Below, one piece after another: positions 26,089 to 36,406 of a stretch of 64,000 bases of DNA (the first letter of the stretch is position 1; each line of letters starts with the position of its first letter). Source of the DNA: Malacoraja senta (Eukaryota); NCBI GenBank assembly GCA_038087875.1, contig CM075995.1:10914001-10978000 (forward strand), written 5' to 3'. A program made the position numbers and the translations under genes. Under the pieces are notes generated by a model. It ran no database searches and was not told where the DNA came from. It saw only the letters and a program-made list of their open reading frames with translations.

Positions 26089-29000
26089 ATGTTTTATATA
26101 CTTCAATGGAACGCCCGGAGTCTGATTGGAAATGGTCAAGAGTTAAAGAGATTTGTTGATGAATTTAAAGAAGCACCAGAATTAATATGTATCCAAGAGA
26201 CATGGTTAAAGCCCTGTTTAGATTTTGTAATCCCAGGTTATGAATGTGTGCGATTAGATAGGTCTGATAGATCAGGTGGGGGTTGTGCAACTTTTGTTAA
26301 GACTGGGTTGCAGTATAGGAAAGTTGATATTAATTCTAATCTTGAAGTTTTGGCTGTGGAAGTTTGGAGCAGCCAGAATTCTATCATTGTGATAAATTAT
26401 TATAACCCCTGTCAACCCTTGATATTGTCAGATTTTGATGAGATAATGGAGAAGGTAAGGTGTCCTGTTATATGGATTGGAGATTTTAATGCGCATAATC
26501 CTTTATGGGGTAGTGATCACAGGGATAAAAATGGTGTTATTGTTGAAGAATTTCTAGACAAGTATGAGTTGGTATTGTTAAATGATGGAAGGCCGTCTAG
26601 GTATAATATTGTGAGAAACACCTGCAGCCACATAGATTTATCAATTGCTTCATCAAATTTAGCAAGAATTGGTGAATGGGATGTAATGGATAGATATACA
26701 CTGGGTAGTGATCATTATCCAATTTTATGTAGGTTTGGTAGGGATTTGAGGAGAGAAGTGGAAAAGAAAGTCCCTAGATATAACTTTTATCAGGCCAAAT
26801 GGGATAAATTCCAAGAGAAGGCTCAAAGTTTAGTTGGAGAGGTTAATAGTGAGGGTTCTGTAGATAGTTGGAATACTTCCATTAGTCTCATGATTCATGA
26901 GGCAGCTTGTTGTACTATTCCTGTGAAGCAGGAACTTAGGTCCCGTATGTCTGTTCCTTGGTGGAATAAAGAATGTGATGAAGCTGTAAGGAATAGGAAT
27001 ATAGCCTATCGAAAATTAAGAAAGTATCCAATTTTGGTCAATGCAATGGAGTACAAGAGGCTAAGGGCAGTAGCAAGACGAGTTGTAAAGGATGCAAAGA
27101 GGAATAGTTGGAGGAAGTTTTGTGGTACGCTAGGCCCGGAAACTCCAGTAAGGCATTTGTGGTCAGCTGTGCGTAGAATGTCAGGAGTATATAAAAGAAG
27201 TTTGTTACCAGTGTTGCAGAAGGGTGAGGTGGTAGCAGTCACCAATAAGGAAAAAGCAGACATGTGTGTTGACAGTTTTCAAGCAGTGCATAGATCAGAG
27301 AGCATGGGAGTGGAGAGGTGTAGAAAGAGAACCGAGATGATGGCAGTTAATCAGTGGAAGCTGGAGAGGAGTTTAGTAAATGATAATACCTTTAATTTGT
27401 TTTTTACCATAAAAGAGTTGAAGGATGCAATTATGTCTGGGGCAAATACCACCCCGGGGAGAGATAGGTTGTCGTATGAGTTATTTAAACATCTGGATGA
27501 TATTGTACTTGATGAAATCTTAGCTTTGTTTAATACTGTGTGGGCAGAGGGTTATTTACCAAAGGAATGGAAACATGCAGTCGTGGTCCCTATTTTAAAA
27601 CCGGGTAAAGAGGCATCTGACCCTAGTTCATATCGCCCTATAGCGCTCACAGCAGTGCTCTGTAAAATTATGGAGAGGATGGTAACCAACAGACTAGTTT
27701 ATTTTTTAGAAACCAGAGGACTATTTGTTGATGTACAGAATGGCTTTAGGAATGGAAGGTGTACAATGGAGTCTGTATCAGTTTTGGATCAGGATATTAA
27801 AAGGGCATTTAGAAGCAAGGAAACAGTAGTGGGTGTATTCCTTGTTATTGAGAAGGCATATGATTCTTTGTGGAAGGAGGGATTAATGATTAAAATTTTT
27901 GACTTGGGAATCAGGGGACGAATGTTCAACTGGATTAAGGATTTTTTATTGAATAGAACAATACAAGTAATGGTTGGTAGTGTCAGATCGGAGTCTGTAG
28001 AAATAGAGAATGGAACCCCGCAGGGAAGTGTTATCAGTCCAGTTTTATTTAATATCATGATAAATGACATATTTTGTAAATTAGAGAGAGGATTTGGTCT
28101 GTCTTTGTTTGCAGATGACGGGGCCATCTGGAAAAGAGGTTGTAATGTAGAGTTTGTTTTAAAACAGATTCAAAGAGTGTTAGTGTCTGTAGAGGAATGG
28201 GGGAACACATGGGGCTTTAAAATCTCTGCCTCTAAGACTAAATATATGGTATTTGGTTTTAAAAGAAAGTTACCTAAGTTAGGGCTGTATATGTATGGGT
28301 CTCTATTGGAGAAGGTAAAGGTTTTTAAGTTTTTGGGTGTTTGGTTTGAAGAGCGTATGACTTGGGCTGTGCATGTAGGTAAAATTGTGTTGAAGTGTGA
28401 AAAAGTTCTGAATGTTATGAGAAGTCCGGTTGGGTGTGAGTGGGGGGCCAACAGGGAGACAATGTTGCTAATTTATCAGGCCATGATCAGATCTTCTCTT
28501 GACTATGGGTGTTTTGTGTATGGGTCTGCGTCTAAAACTGTTCTGGCTAGGCTAGATGTGTTGCAGGCAAAGGCTTTGAGGCTTTGCTGTGGAGCCTTCA
28601 GGACTTCCCCAGTCCCTGCCCTGATTGTTGAAATGGGAGAAATGCCCTTATGGTTAAGGCGCATTAAGCTAGGGTTACATTATTGGGCTAAACTTTGTGG
28701 GTGTAATGATACCTTCCCAGCAAGGTGTTTGTTGCAAGAGGTTGATGATGGTAACAAATATAACACATTTTTTGTCGTTATAAATCAGTGGGCTAGGAAG
28801 CTGGGTTTGGAACAAGGGGGTATTATAGAGCATACAATAAGGCTACCTGTGCCCTATTGGGTTCTTCCTGAACTGTTTATTGAGCTTGCTTTTCTTCAGG
28901 AAAAAGATAAGCGCGAGGTGACTCCAAGAATAGTGGAATATCTTAATTCAATCAGTGAGAGTACTTTGATTGTTTTTACAGATGGATCTAAAGATCCAGT

Positions 29001-29826
29001 TAGTGGGAGAGCTGGGTTTGGAGTGTATGTGGAGCAGCTTGGGTTGAAGATTGGCCGGCGCATTTCTGATGGAAGTTCTGTTCTCACGACTGAATTAATG
29101 GCAATTCAATGGGCTCTATGGTGGATTGAGGAAGCCAGTTTTAGAGAAGTCATTATCTGTTCTGATTCTGCAGCTGCTCTTGAAACTTTAAGAGTAGGGA
29201 AATCTAAAGCTCGTCCTGACATTCTAAATGAAATCTTGAGTGTGTTTTCTAGAATTGGGTTTGCGTGTAACATCACTTTTTGCTGGGTTCCCGGGCATGC
29301 TGGGGTGAGGGGGAATGAGCAGGTGGACCTCATAGCAAAGGAGAGTTTAAGAAGAGAAATAGATATCCATGTATCATTGGGGAGAGTGGAACTGAGAGAA
29401 ATAATTAAAGAGGGCGTAACAAAAGAATGGCAGAGAGGATGGGAAATGGAAGTCAGGGGTAGACACTACTTTTCTATACAATCTGAAGTTAGGAAAATAT
29501 GTTTCTGTACATCTCTGTCCCGTAGGGACTCAGTTAAACTGTGTAGATTGAGGTTGGGACACTGTGGGTTAAATTACTATTTGTGCATTGTAGGGAAACA
29601 TGTTTCTGGCTTGTGTGAATGTGGGAGTAATGAGACAGTTAAGCATGTTTTCCTAGAATGTAAAAAGTATAGGGTAGAAAGAAAAGTATTATTTGTTAGA
29701 CTGACAGGACTTGGAGTTGAGGCTTTTTCTGTTTTATCTTTGTTTGGACACAATGAGAAACATCAACTGATATCCAGGGCTGTTCTTCAATTCCTGCAAG
29801 TTACAGGACTGTATATAAGAATTTAG
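26089..29826 (+). CDS. Nimb/I ORF2p: APE endonuclease, RT, RNase H, C-terminal zinc finger
   Basis: QWNARSL, IQETWL, GDFNAH, SDHYP; YRPIAL, PQGS, LFADD; FTDGS, ELMAI, CSDS, WVPGHAGVRGNE; CECG...HVFLEC. Probable ATG at 26089 (the frame is open from 26047). Confidence 0.93.
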   Translation: MFYILQWNARSLIGNGQELKRFVDEFKEAPELICIQETWLKPCLDFVIPGYECVRLDRSDRSGGGCATFVKTGLQYRKVDINSNLEVLAVEVWSSQNSIIVINYYNPCQPLILSDFDEIMEKVRCPVIWIGDFNAHNPLWGSDHRDKNGVIVEEFLDKYELVLLNDGRPSRYNIVRNTCSHIDLSIASSNLARIGEWDVMDRYTLGSDHYPILCRFGRDLRREVEKKVPRYNFYQAKWDKFQEKAQSLVGEVNSEGSVDSWNTSISLMIHEAACCTIPVKQELRSRMSVPWWNKECDEAVRNRNIAYRKLRKYPILVNAMEYKRLRAVARRVVKDAKRNSWRKFCGTLGPETPVRHLWSAVRRMSGVYKRSLLPVLQKGEVVAVTNKEKADMCVDSFQAVHRSESMGVERCRKRTEMMAVNQWKLERSLVNDNTFNLFFTIKELKDAIMSGANTTPGRDRLSYELFKHLDDIVLDEILALFNTVWAEGYLPKEWKHAVVVPILKPGKEASDPSSYRPIALTAVLCKIMERMVTNRLVYFLETRGLFVDVQNGFRNGRCTMESVSVLDQDIKRAFRSKETVVGVFLVIEKAYDSLWKEGLMIKIFDLGIRGRMFNWIKDFLLNRTIQVMVGSVRSESVEIENGTPQGSVISPVLFNIMINDIFCKLERGFGLSLFADDGAIWKRGCNVEFVLKQIQRVLVSVEEWGNTWGFKISASKTKYMVFGFKRKLPKLGLYMYGSLLEKVKVFKFLGVWFEERMTWAVHVGKIVLKCEKVLNVMRSPVGCEWGANRETMLLIYQAMIRSSLDYGCFVYGSASKTVLARLDVLQAKALRLCCGAFRTSPVPALIVEMGEMPLWLRRIKLGLHYWAKLCGCNDTFPARCLLQEVDDGNKYNTFFVVINQWARKLGLEQGGIIEHTIRLPVPYWVLPELFIELAFLQEKDKREVTPRIVEYLNSISESTLIVFTDGSKDPVSGRAGFGVYVEQLGLKIGRRISDGSSVLTTELMAIQWALWWIEEASFREVIICSDSAAALETLRVGKSKARPDILNEILSVFSRIGFACNITFCWVPGHAGVRGNEQVDLIAKESLRREIDIHVSLGRVELREIIKEGVTKEWQRGWEMEVRGRHYFSIQSEVRKICFCTSLSRRDSVKLCRLRLGHCGLNYYLCIVGKHVSGLCECGSNETVKHVFLECKKYRVERKVLFVRLTGLGVEAFSVLSLFGHNEKHQLISRAVLQFLQVTGLYIRI

Positions 29827-30744
29827 TTCAAACTTTGACCTGTGGAGGGCAGTAATACGCTTAGCAGCGTCTACACTGCCGGAATCCTACAAGAAGAAGA
29901 AGAAGAAGCTTATAAAGCCCAATTAAAAAATGTTTTTTACCAACTGCCACTGATGCTTCAGCTGTTTCCTTTGATTGTCCTACAATCAAGATATTATCTA
30001 GCTAAGCCATGAGCACATGACCTTGACTTCTCATCATGCCTAGAATAGGTTTTAACAACTTTGTAATCCCTCTAGGAGCTGAAGAGAAACCATTAGGCAG
30101 TGGATTGTATTAGCATAATTGCCCCATCCAGCTGAATATGTGGCTGCCGTCTTAGTCTCCTCCTCCAGCTCCTTCACCTGCTGTGCGAAATCCTCGCCAA
30201 ACAGCTGTGCCGGTTGCACTGTGCCAGGCTGGCAGAGTGAAGCATATTTAGCATTGATGGTTGGTCTAATCGCATCTTGCGGAGGCAGTTGATCTCAAAG
30301 TGAGCACTCCACAATAGTGCCTTTTGTTGTCATTTGTCATGGCCTCTCCATCCACCATCCTGGCAAAGCTCGTTATACCAGATGCCAGCAACTTTAAAAA
30401 TATGCTGGAGCTTCACATGCTCCTGGGCTTTCATTAGTATGCCCATCTTGCCCCAATTCTTCCTGTTCCCTACAGGAACTTTTAACAGTCCACAGTTGAT
30501 TGGGGCTTCATACTTCGTTACTGTCTTATCCATTGTCAGCTCCTGTAGCTGATGTGAGACTTGGTAATTTATGCTGGTGGCAAGTTCCTCACCCAGAGGC
30601 TCACCAGCGTCCGACGACATGGCAAACCGTGCTGCACACGGTGTCAGCTCTGACAGCTGCCTGCCCTCCCTTTGGAAGTCGTCGGACTCAGGGTCAGAGC
30701 GTATCTGCCCTTCTGCACTCACCTCTTGCAAAGAGGGTGCTTTC

Positions 30745-30985
30745 AAGCAGGCCTCTACTAGGCACTGCCAGCGGAGCCGTCCCCACGGCCTCCCGCCTGC
30801 ACAACTCCTCCTGGAGTATGGCTTTATGAAGCAGACCTCTCCTAGGCACTGCCAGCGGAGCCTTCCCTTAGGCTTCCCGCATGCACTACTCCTCCTGGAG
30901 TGTGGCTTTATGAAGCAGACCTCTCCTAGGCACTGCCAGCGGAGCCTTACCTATGGCTTCCCACCCACACAACTCCTCCTGGAGC
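30745..30985. repeat. 84-bp tandem repeat, about 3 copies, inside the DIRS gag region
   Basis: ctaggcactgccagcggagcc recurs at 30758, 30842 and 30926. Confidence 0.9.
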
Positions 30986-32416
30986 GTCTCTGTGGAGCAG
31001 CCCCTGTATGAGCTGCTCCTTTTGGATAACCGCTGGGGCACGGTATCCTGTCCCCGACGGGACTCTCATGGCCCGACTCTGCGGAGTCTATAGCCCTTAC
31101 AGACTTGGGTTATGCCGACCGCCCGACTGGCGTTGGCTGTGTACCCGGCTGGGCACTTTGCCAAGTCTGTCGCCGCACCGCTACCGGCTTGCGACTCCCC
31201 CGAGGTGACAGGCTGCCTTTCAGAGACTGCGTCCCGCAGCTCTCTCTCTCCTTGTCGGCAGCAGACCTGCACCTTTTCCTTGTTCCTGTATGTGGGGAAA
31301 AAAGAACACAGAAACACTTTCTTACTTTTTTCTAACTCCTTGAAAGTCTCCCCGACTTTGGTGGAGCTGTAATTACTCACCTTGCAGCAGGAGCTCCATG
31401 CTCCCGCTGCCGTTCGCACCAATGCGTCAGAAGTAATGACGCGCATGCGCCCTGACGGGGTTCCTCACGTAGTTACTCACGTGACTCCAAAGTAAAATGA
31501 ATATTCAAGGGTATACCTCCTATCGAAAAGACAGACAGGTGGGCAGAGGGGGAGGGTTGCCCTGTTGGTGAGGAATGGAATTCAGTCCCTTGCAAGGGGT
31601 GACATTGAAGCAGGAGATGTCGAGCCAGTAATCTACAGGCCCCCAAACAGAGGCCTGGACATAGGGCGCAAGTTGAATCAGGAGTTAAAATTGTCATGTA
31701 GCAAAAGTAATGCTGTGGTTGTTATGGGAGATTTCAACATGCAGGTAGACAGGGAAAATCAGGTTGGTACTGGACCCCAAGAAAGGGAATTTGTAGAGTG
31801 CCTTTGTGATGGATTCTTAGAACAGCTTGTATTGGAGCCTACCAGGGAAAAGGCAATTCTGGATTTAGTGTTATGGAACAAACTGGGTTTGATAAAGGAC
31901 CTCGAGGTTAATGAGCCATTAGGAGGCAGTGACCATAACATGGTCAGGTTTAATCTACAATTGGAGAGGGGGAAGGGTAGATCGGAGGTGTCAGTGTTGC
32001 AGTTGAATAAAGGGCACTATGGGGCCATGAGGGAGGAGCTGGCCAACATTGACTGGAAAGATACACTAGCAGGGATGACAGTGAAACAAAAATGGCAGGT
32101 ATTTCTATGAATAATACAGAAGGTGCAGGATCAGTTCATTCCTAGGAGGAAGAACGATTCCAAGGGGAGAAAGGGATGACCAGGGCTGACAAAGGACATC
32201 AGGGACAGTATGAAAATTAAAGCGAAGTACAACTTAGCAAAGATGAGCGGGGAGCAAGAGGATTGGGTAATGTTTAAAGAACAACATAAGATAACCAAAA
32301 AGACAATACGGGAAGAAAAGATGAGGTACGAAGGTAAGCTAGCCAAGAATATAAAGCAGGATAGTAAAAGCTTCTTTAGGGATGTGAAGAGGAAAAAATT
32401 AGTTAAGACCAAAGTT

Positions 32417-35400
32417 TAGAGAGCTCGGAAAAATGCTGACAAGCAGGACCTCCAGGGTTGTTATCTCCGGTTTGCTTCCAGTTCCTCGTGCTGGCGAGAG
32501 CAGGAACAGGGAGATACGGGACCTGAATGCGTGGCTGAGGAACTGGTGCAGGGGGCAGGGATTTAGATTCTTAGATCACTGGGATCTGTTTTGGAGTAAG
32601 GGGGAACTGTACAAAAGGGACGGATTGCATCTTAACAGGTGGGGGACCAGCATTCTGGCAGGCAGGTTTGCCACTGCTACACGGGTGGTTTTAAACTGAA
32701 TAAGGGGGGAGGGGTGTCAAATGGGATAGTTGAGGATGGGGTGAAAGTGAAAGAGAGTAAAGGGATGGTTAATGACCCCACAATTAACGGGAAAGGAAGC
32801 TCACAAAGGGATAGGAGAGTATGGCCAAGTATAACAGGGATCGATGTGAAAGGTGAGATTCGTAAGGAATTAAAAGTATTGTATATGAATGCGCGAAGTA
32901 TAAGAAGTAGAGTAGATGAGCTTGAGGTTCAGTTAGAGGTTGGTAGATTTGACAATGTGGGGATTACTGAGACGTGGTTGCAGGAGGATCGGGCCTGGGA
33001 ACTTAATATTCAGGGTTATACATCCTATAGAAAGGACAGGCAGGTGGGCAGAGGAGGAGGGGTAGCTGTGCTGGTGAGGGATGGAATTCAGTCCCTTGCG
33101 AGGGAAGACATAGGGACTGATGAGGTAGAGTCACTGGATTGAGTTGAGGAATTGTAAAGGCAAGAAGACACTAATTGGTGTTATTTACAGATCCTCAAAT
33201 AGTAGCCCAGATGTAGGGTGTAAGTTGCAGCAGGAGTTAAAACTGGCATGTAACAATGGTAATGCCACTGTGATGATGGGGGATTCCAATATGCAGGTAG
33301 ACTGGGAAAATCAGGTTGGTTCAGGACCCCAAGAAAGAGTTTGTAGAATGCCTCCGTGATGGATTCTTAGAGCAGCTTATAATGGAGCCTAGAGAAAAGG
33401 CAATTGTGGATTTAGTGTTGTCCAATGGACCAGATATGATAAGAGAACTCGAGGTAAGGGAACCGCTTGGAGGTTGTGATCATAATATGATTAGTTTTAA
33501 TCTGCAATTTGAGAAGGAGAACGTTAAATCGGAAGTGGCAGTGATGCAGTTGAACAAAGCGGACTATGAAGCATGAGAGGGGAGCTGGCCAAAGTAGACT
33601 GGAAAGGGATCCTAGCAGGAATGATGGTGGAACAGCAATGGCAGGAATTTCTGGGAATTTCTGGAGACGCAGGATCATTTTATTCCAAAAAGGAAGAAAG
33701 ATTCTAAGGGGAGTAGGACGCAACCGTGGCTGACAAGACAAGTTAGGGATAGAATAAAACTAAAAGAAAAGATGTATAACACAGCAAAGAGTAGCCGGAA
33801 GCCAGAGGATCGGGAAACTTTCATAGGACAACAGAAGGAAACAAAACGGGCAATACGGGCTGAAAAGATGAAGTACGAGGGGAAGCTGGTCAGGAATATA
33901 AAGAAGGACAGTAAAAGCTTCTAGTGGACGCATTGGTGATCATTTTCCAATGTTCAATAGATTCAGGATCAGTTTCTGTAGATTGGAGGATAGCTAATGT
34001 TATCCCACTTTTCAAGAAAGGAGTGAGAGAGCAAATGGGGAATTATAGACCAGTTAGCCTGACTTCGGTGGTGGGAAAGATGCTGGAGTCAATTATTAAA
34101 GATGTAATAATGGGGCATTTGGATAGTAGCAAAAGGATTAGTCCAAGTCAACATGGATTTATGAAAGGGAAATCATGCTTGACTATTCTTCTGGTATTTT
34201 TGCAGGATGTGACAAGTAAAATGGATGAAGGGGAGCCAGTGGATGTAGTATATCTAGACTTTCAGAAAGCCTTTGATAAGGTCCCGCACGGGAGACTGGT
34301 GACTAAAATTAGAGCACATGGTATTGGGGGTAGCGTGTTGACATGGATAGAAAATTGGTTGGCAGACAGGAAGCAAAGAGTAGGAGTGAACGGGTCCTTT
34401 TCAGAATGGCAGGCAGTGGCGAGTGGAGTGCCGCAAGGCTCGGTGTTGTGGTCGCAACTGTTTACCATATATATTAATGATTTGGAAGAGGGAATTAGGA
34501 GCAACACTAACAAGTTTGCGGATGACACAAAGCTGGGTGGCAGTGTGAACTGTGAAGAGGATGTTAGGAGGTTGCAGGGTGACCTGGACAGGTTGAGTGA
34601 GTGGGCAGATGCGTGGCAGATGCAGTATAATATAGATAAATGTGAGGTTATCCACTTTGGCGGCAAAAACAAGGGGGAAGATTATTATCTCAATGGGGTT
34701 AGGTTAGGTAAGGGGGAGGTGCAGCGAGACCTGGGTGTCCTTGTACACCGGTCACTGAAAGTTGGCGTGCAGGTACAGCAGGCAGTGAAGAAAGCTAATG
34801 GAATGTTGGCCTTCATAACAAGAGGGTTTCAGTATAGGAGTAAAGAGGTTCTTCTGCAGTTGTATAGGGCTCTGGTGAGACCACATCTGGAGTATTGTGT
34901 ACAGTTTTGGTCTCCTAATTTGAGGAAAGACATCCTTGTGATTGAGGCAGTGCAGCGTAGGTTCACGAGATTGATCCCTGGGATGGCGGGACTGTCATAT
35001 GAAGAAAGATTGAAAAGACTAGGCTTGTATTCACTGGAGTTTAGAAGGATGAGGGGCTATCTTATAGAAACATATAAAATTATAAAAGGATTGGACAAGC
35101 TAGATGCAGGAAAAATGTTCCCAATGTTGGGCGAGTCCTGAACCAGGGGCCAAAGTCTTAGAATAAAGGGGAGGTCATTTAAGACTGAGGTGAGAAAAAC
35201 GTTTTCACCCAGAGTTGTGAATTTATGGAATTCCCTGCCACAGAGGGCCGTGGAGGCCAAATCACTGGATGGATTTAAGAGAGAGTTTGATAGAGCTCTA
35301 GGGGCTAGTGGAGTCAAGGGATATGGGGAGAAGGCAGGCACGGGTTATTGATAGGGGATGATCAGCCATGATCACAATGAATGGCGGTGCTGGCTCGGTG

Positions 35401-35441
35401 CCGAACGGCCTCCTCCTGCACCTATTTTATTAAATTATTAA
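32417..35441 (+). mobile_element. 5'-truncated CR1 (ORF1 C-terminus, EN, RT) with an internal deletion near 33922
   Basis: ORFs 32433-32699 (DGLHLN), 32639-33142 and 33924-35141. Flanked by AAAGTT at 32411-32416 and 35442-35447. Confidence 0.88.
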
Positions 35442-36406
35442 AAAGTTGGACCCTTGAAGACCGAACAAGGAAATGGCAGATGAGTTGAACAGGTACTTTG
35501 GATCTGTCTTCACTTAGGAGGACACAAACAATCTTCCTGATATAGTAGTGGCCAGATGATCTGGGGTGACGGAGGAACTGAAGGAAATCCACATTAGGCA
35601 GGAAATGGTGTTGGATAGACTGATGGGACTCAAGGCTGATGAATCCCCAGGGCCTGATGGTCTGCATCCCAGGGTACTTAAGGAAGTGGCTCTAGAAATC
35701 GTGGATGCATTGGTGATAATTTTCCAATGTTCTTTAGACTCGGGATCAGTTCCTGTGGATTGGAGGGTAGTTAATGTTATCCCACTTTTTAAGAAAGATG
35801 GGAGAGAGAATATAGTTAGCCCGACATCGGTGGTGGGGAAGATGCTAGAGTCAATTATAAAAGATGAGATAACCAAACATTTGGATAGCAGTAACAGGAT
35901 GGATGGATCAGCATGGATTTACGATGGGAAATTTATGCTTGACTAATTTTCTGGAATTTTTTGAAGATGTAACTAGGAAAATGGACAACGGAGAGCCAGT
36001 GGATGTAGTGTATTTGGACTTTCAGAAAGAATTTGGTAAGGTCCCACATAGGAGATTAGTGGGCAAAATTAGGGCACATGGTATCGAGGGTAGAGTGCTG
36101 ACATGGATAGAGAAGTGGTTGGCAAACAGGAAACAAAGAGTAGGGATTAACAGGTCCCTTTCAGAATGGCAGGCAGTGACTAATGGGGTACCGAAAGGCT
36201 CGGTGCTGGGACTGCAGCTATTTGCAATATACATCAAAGATTTGGATGAAGGGATTCAAAGTAACATTAGCAAATTTGCAGATGACACAAAGCTGGGTGG
36301 CAGTGTGAACTGTGAGGAGGATGCTATGAGAATGCAGGGTGACTTGGACAGGTTGGGGGAGTGGGCAGATGCATGGCAGATGAAGTTTAATGCGGATAAA
36401 TGTGAA

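Larger units (their letters stand above)
24695..29906 (+). mobile_element. Full-length Nimb/I-clade non-LTR retrotransposon
   Basis: Two open ORFs, an (AAG)n tail, and a 12-bp TSD AGCTTATAAAGC at 24683-24694 and 29907-29918. Confidence 0.92.
22106..31497 (-). mobile_element. DIRS1-like tyrosine-recombinase retrotransposon, degenerate, containing the Nimb LINE
   Basis: Inverted termini and ICR at 22106-22450 and 31430-31497. YR motifs QRVQ, SHSTSA and AAGW...FQQYY. MT-like AIDAFSLNW...YIFPPF near 23865-23940. RT/RNase H remnants. Confidence 0.9.
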
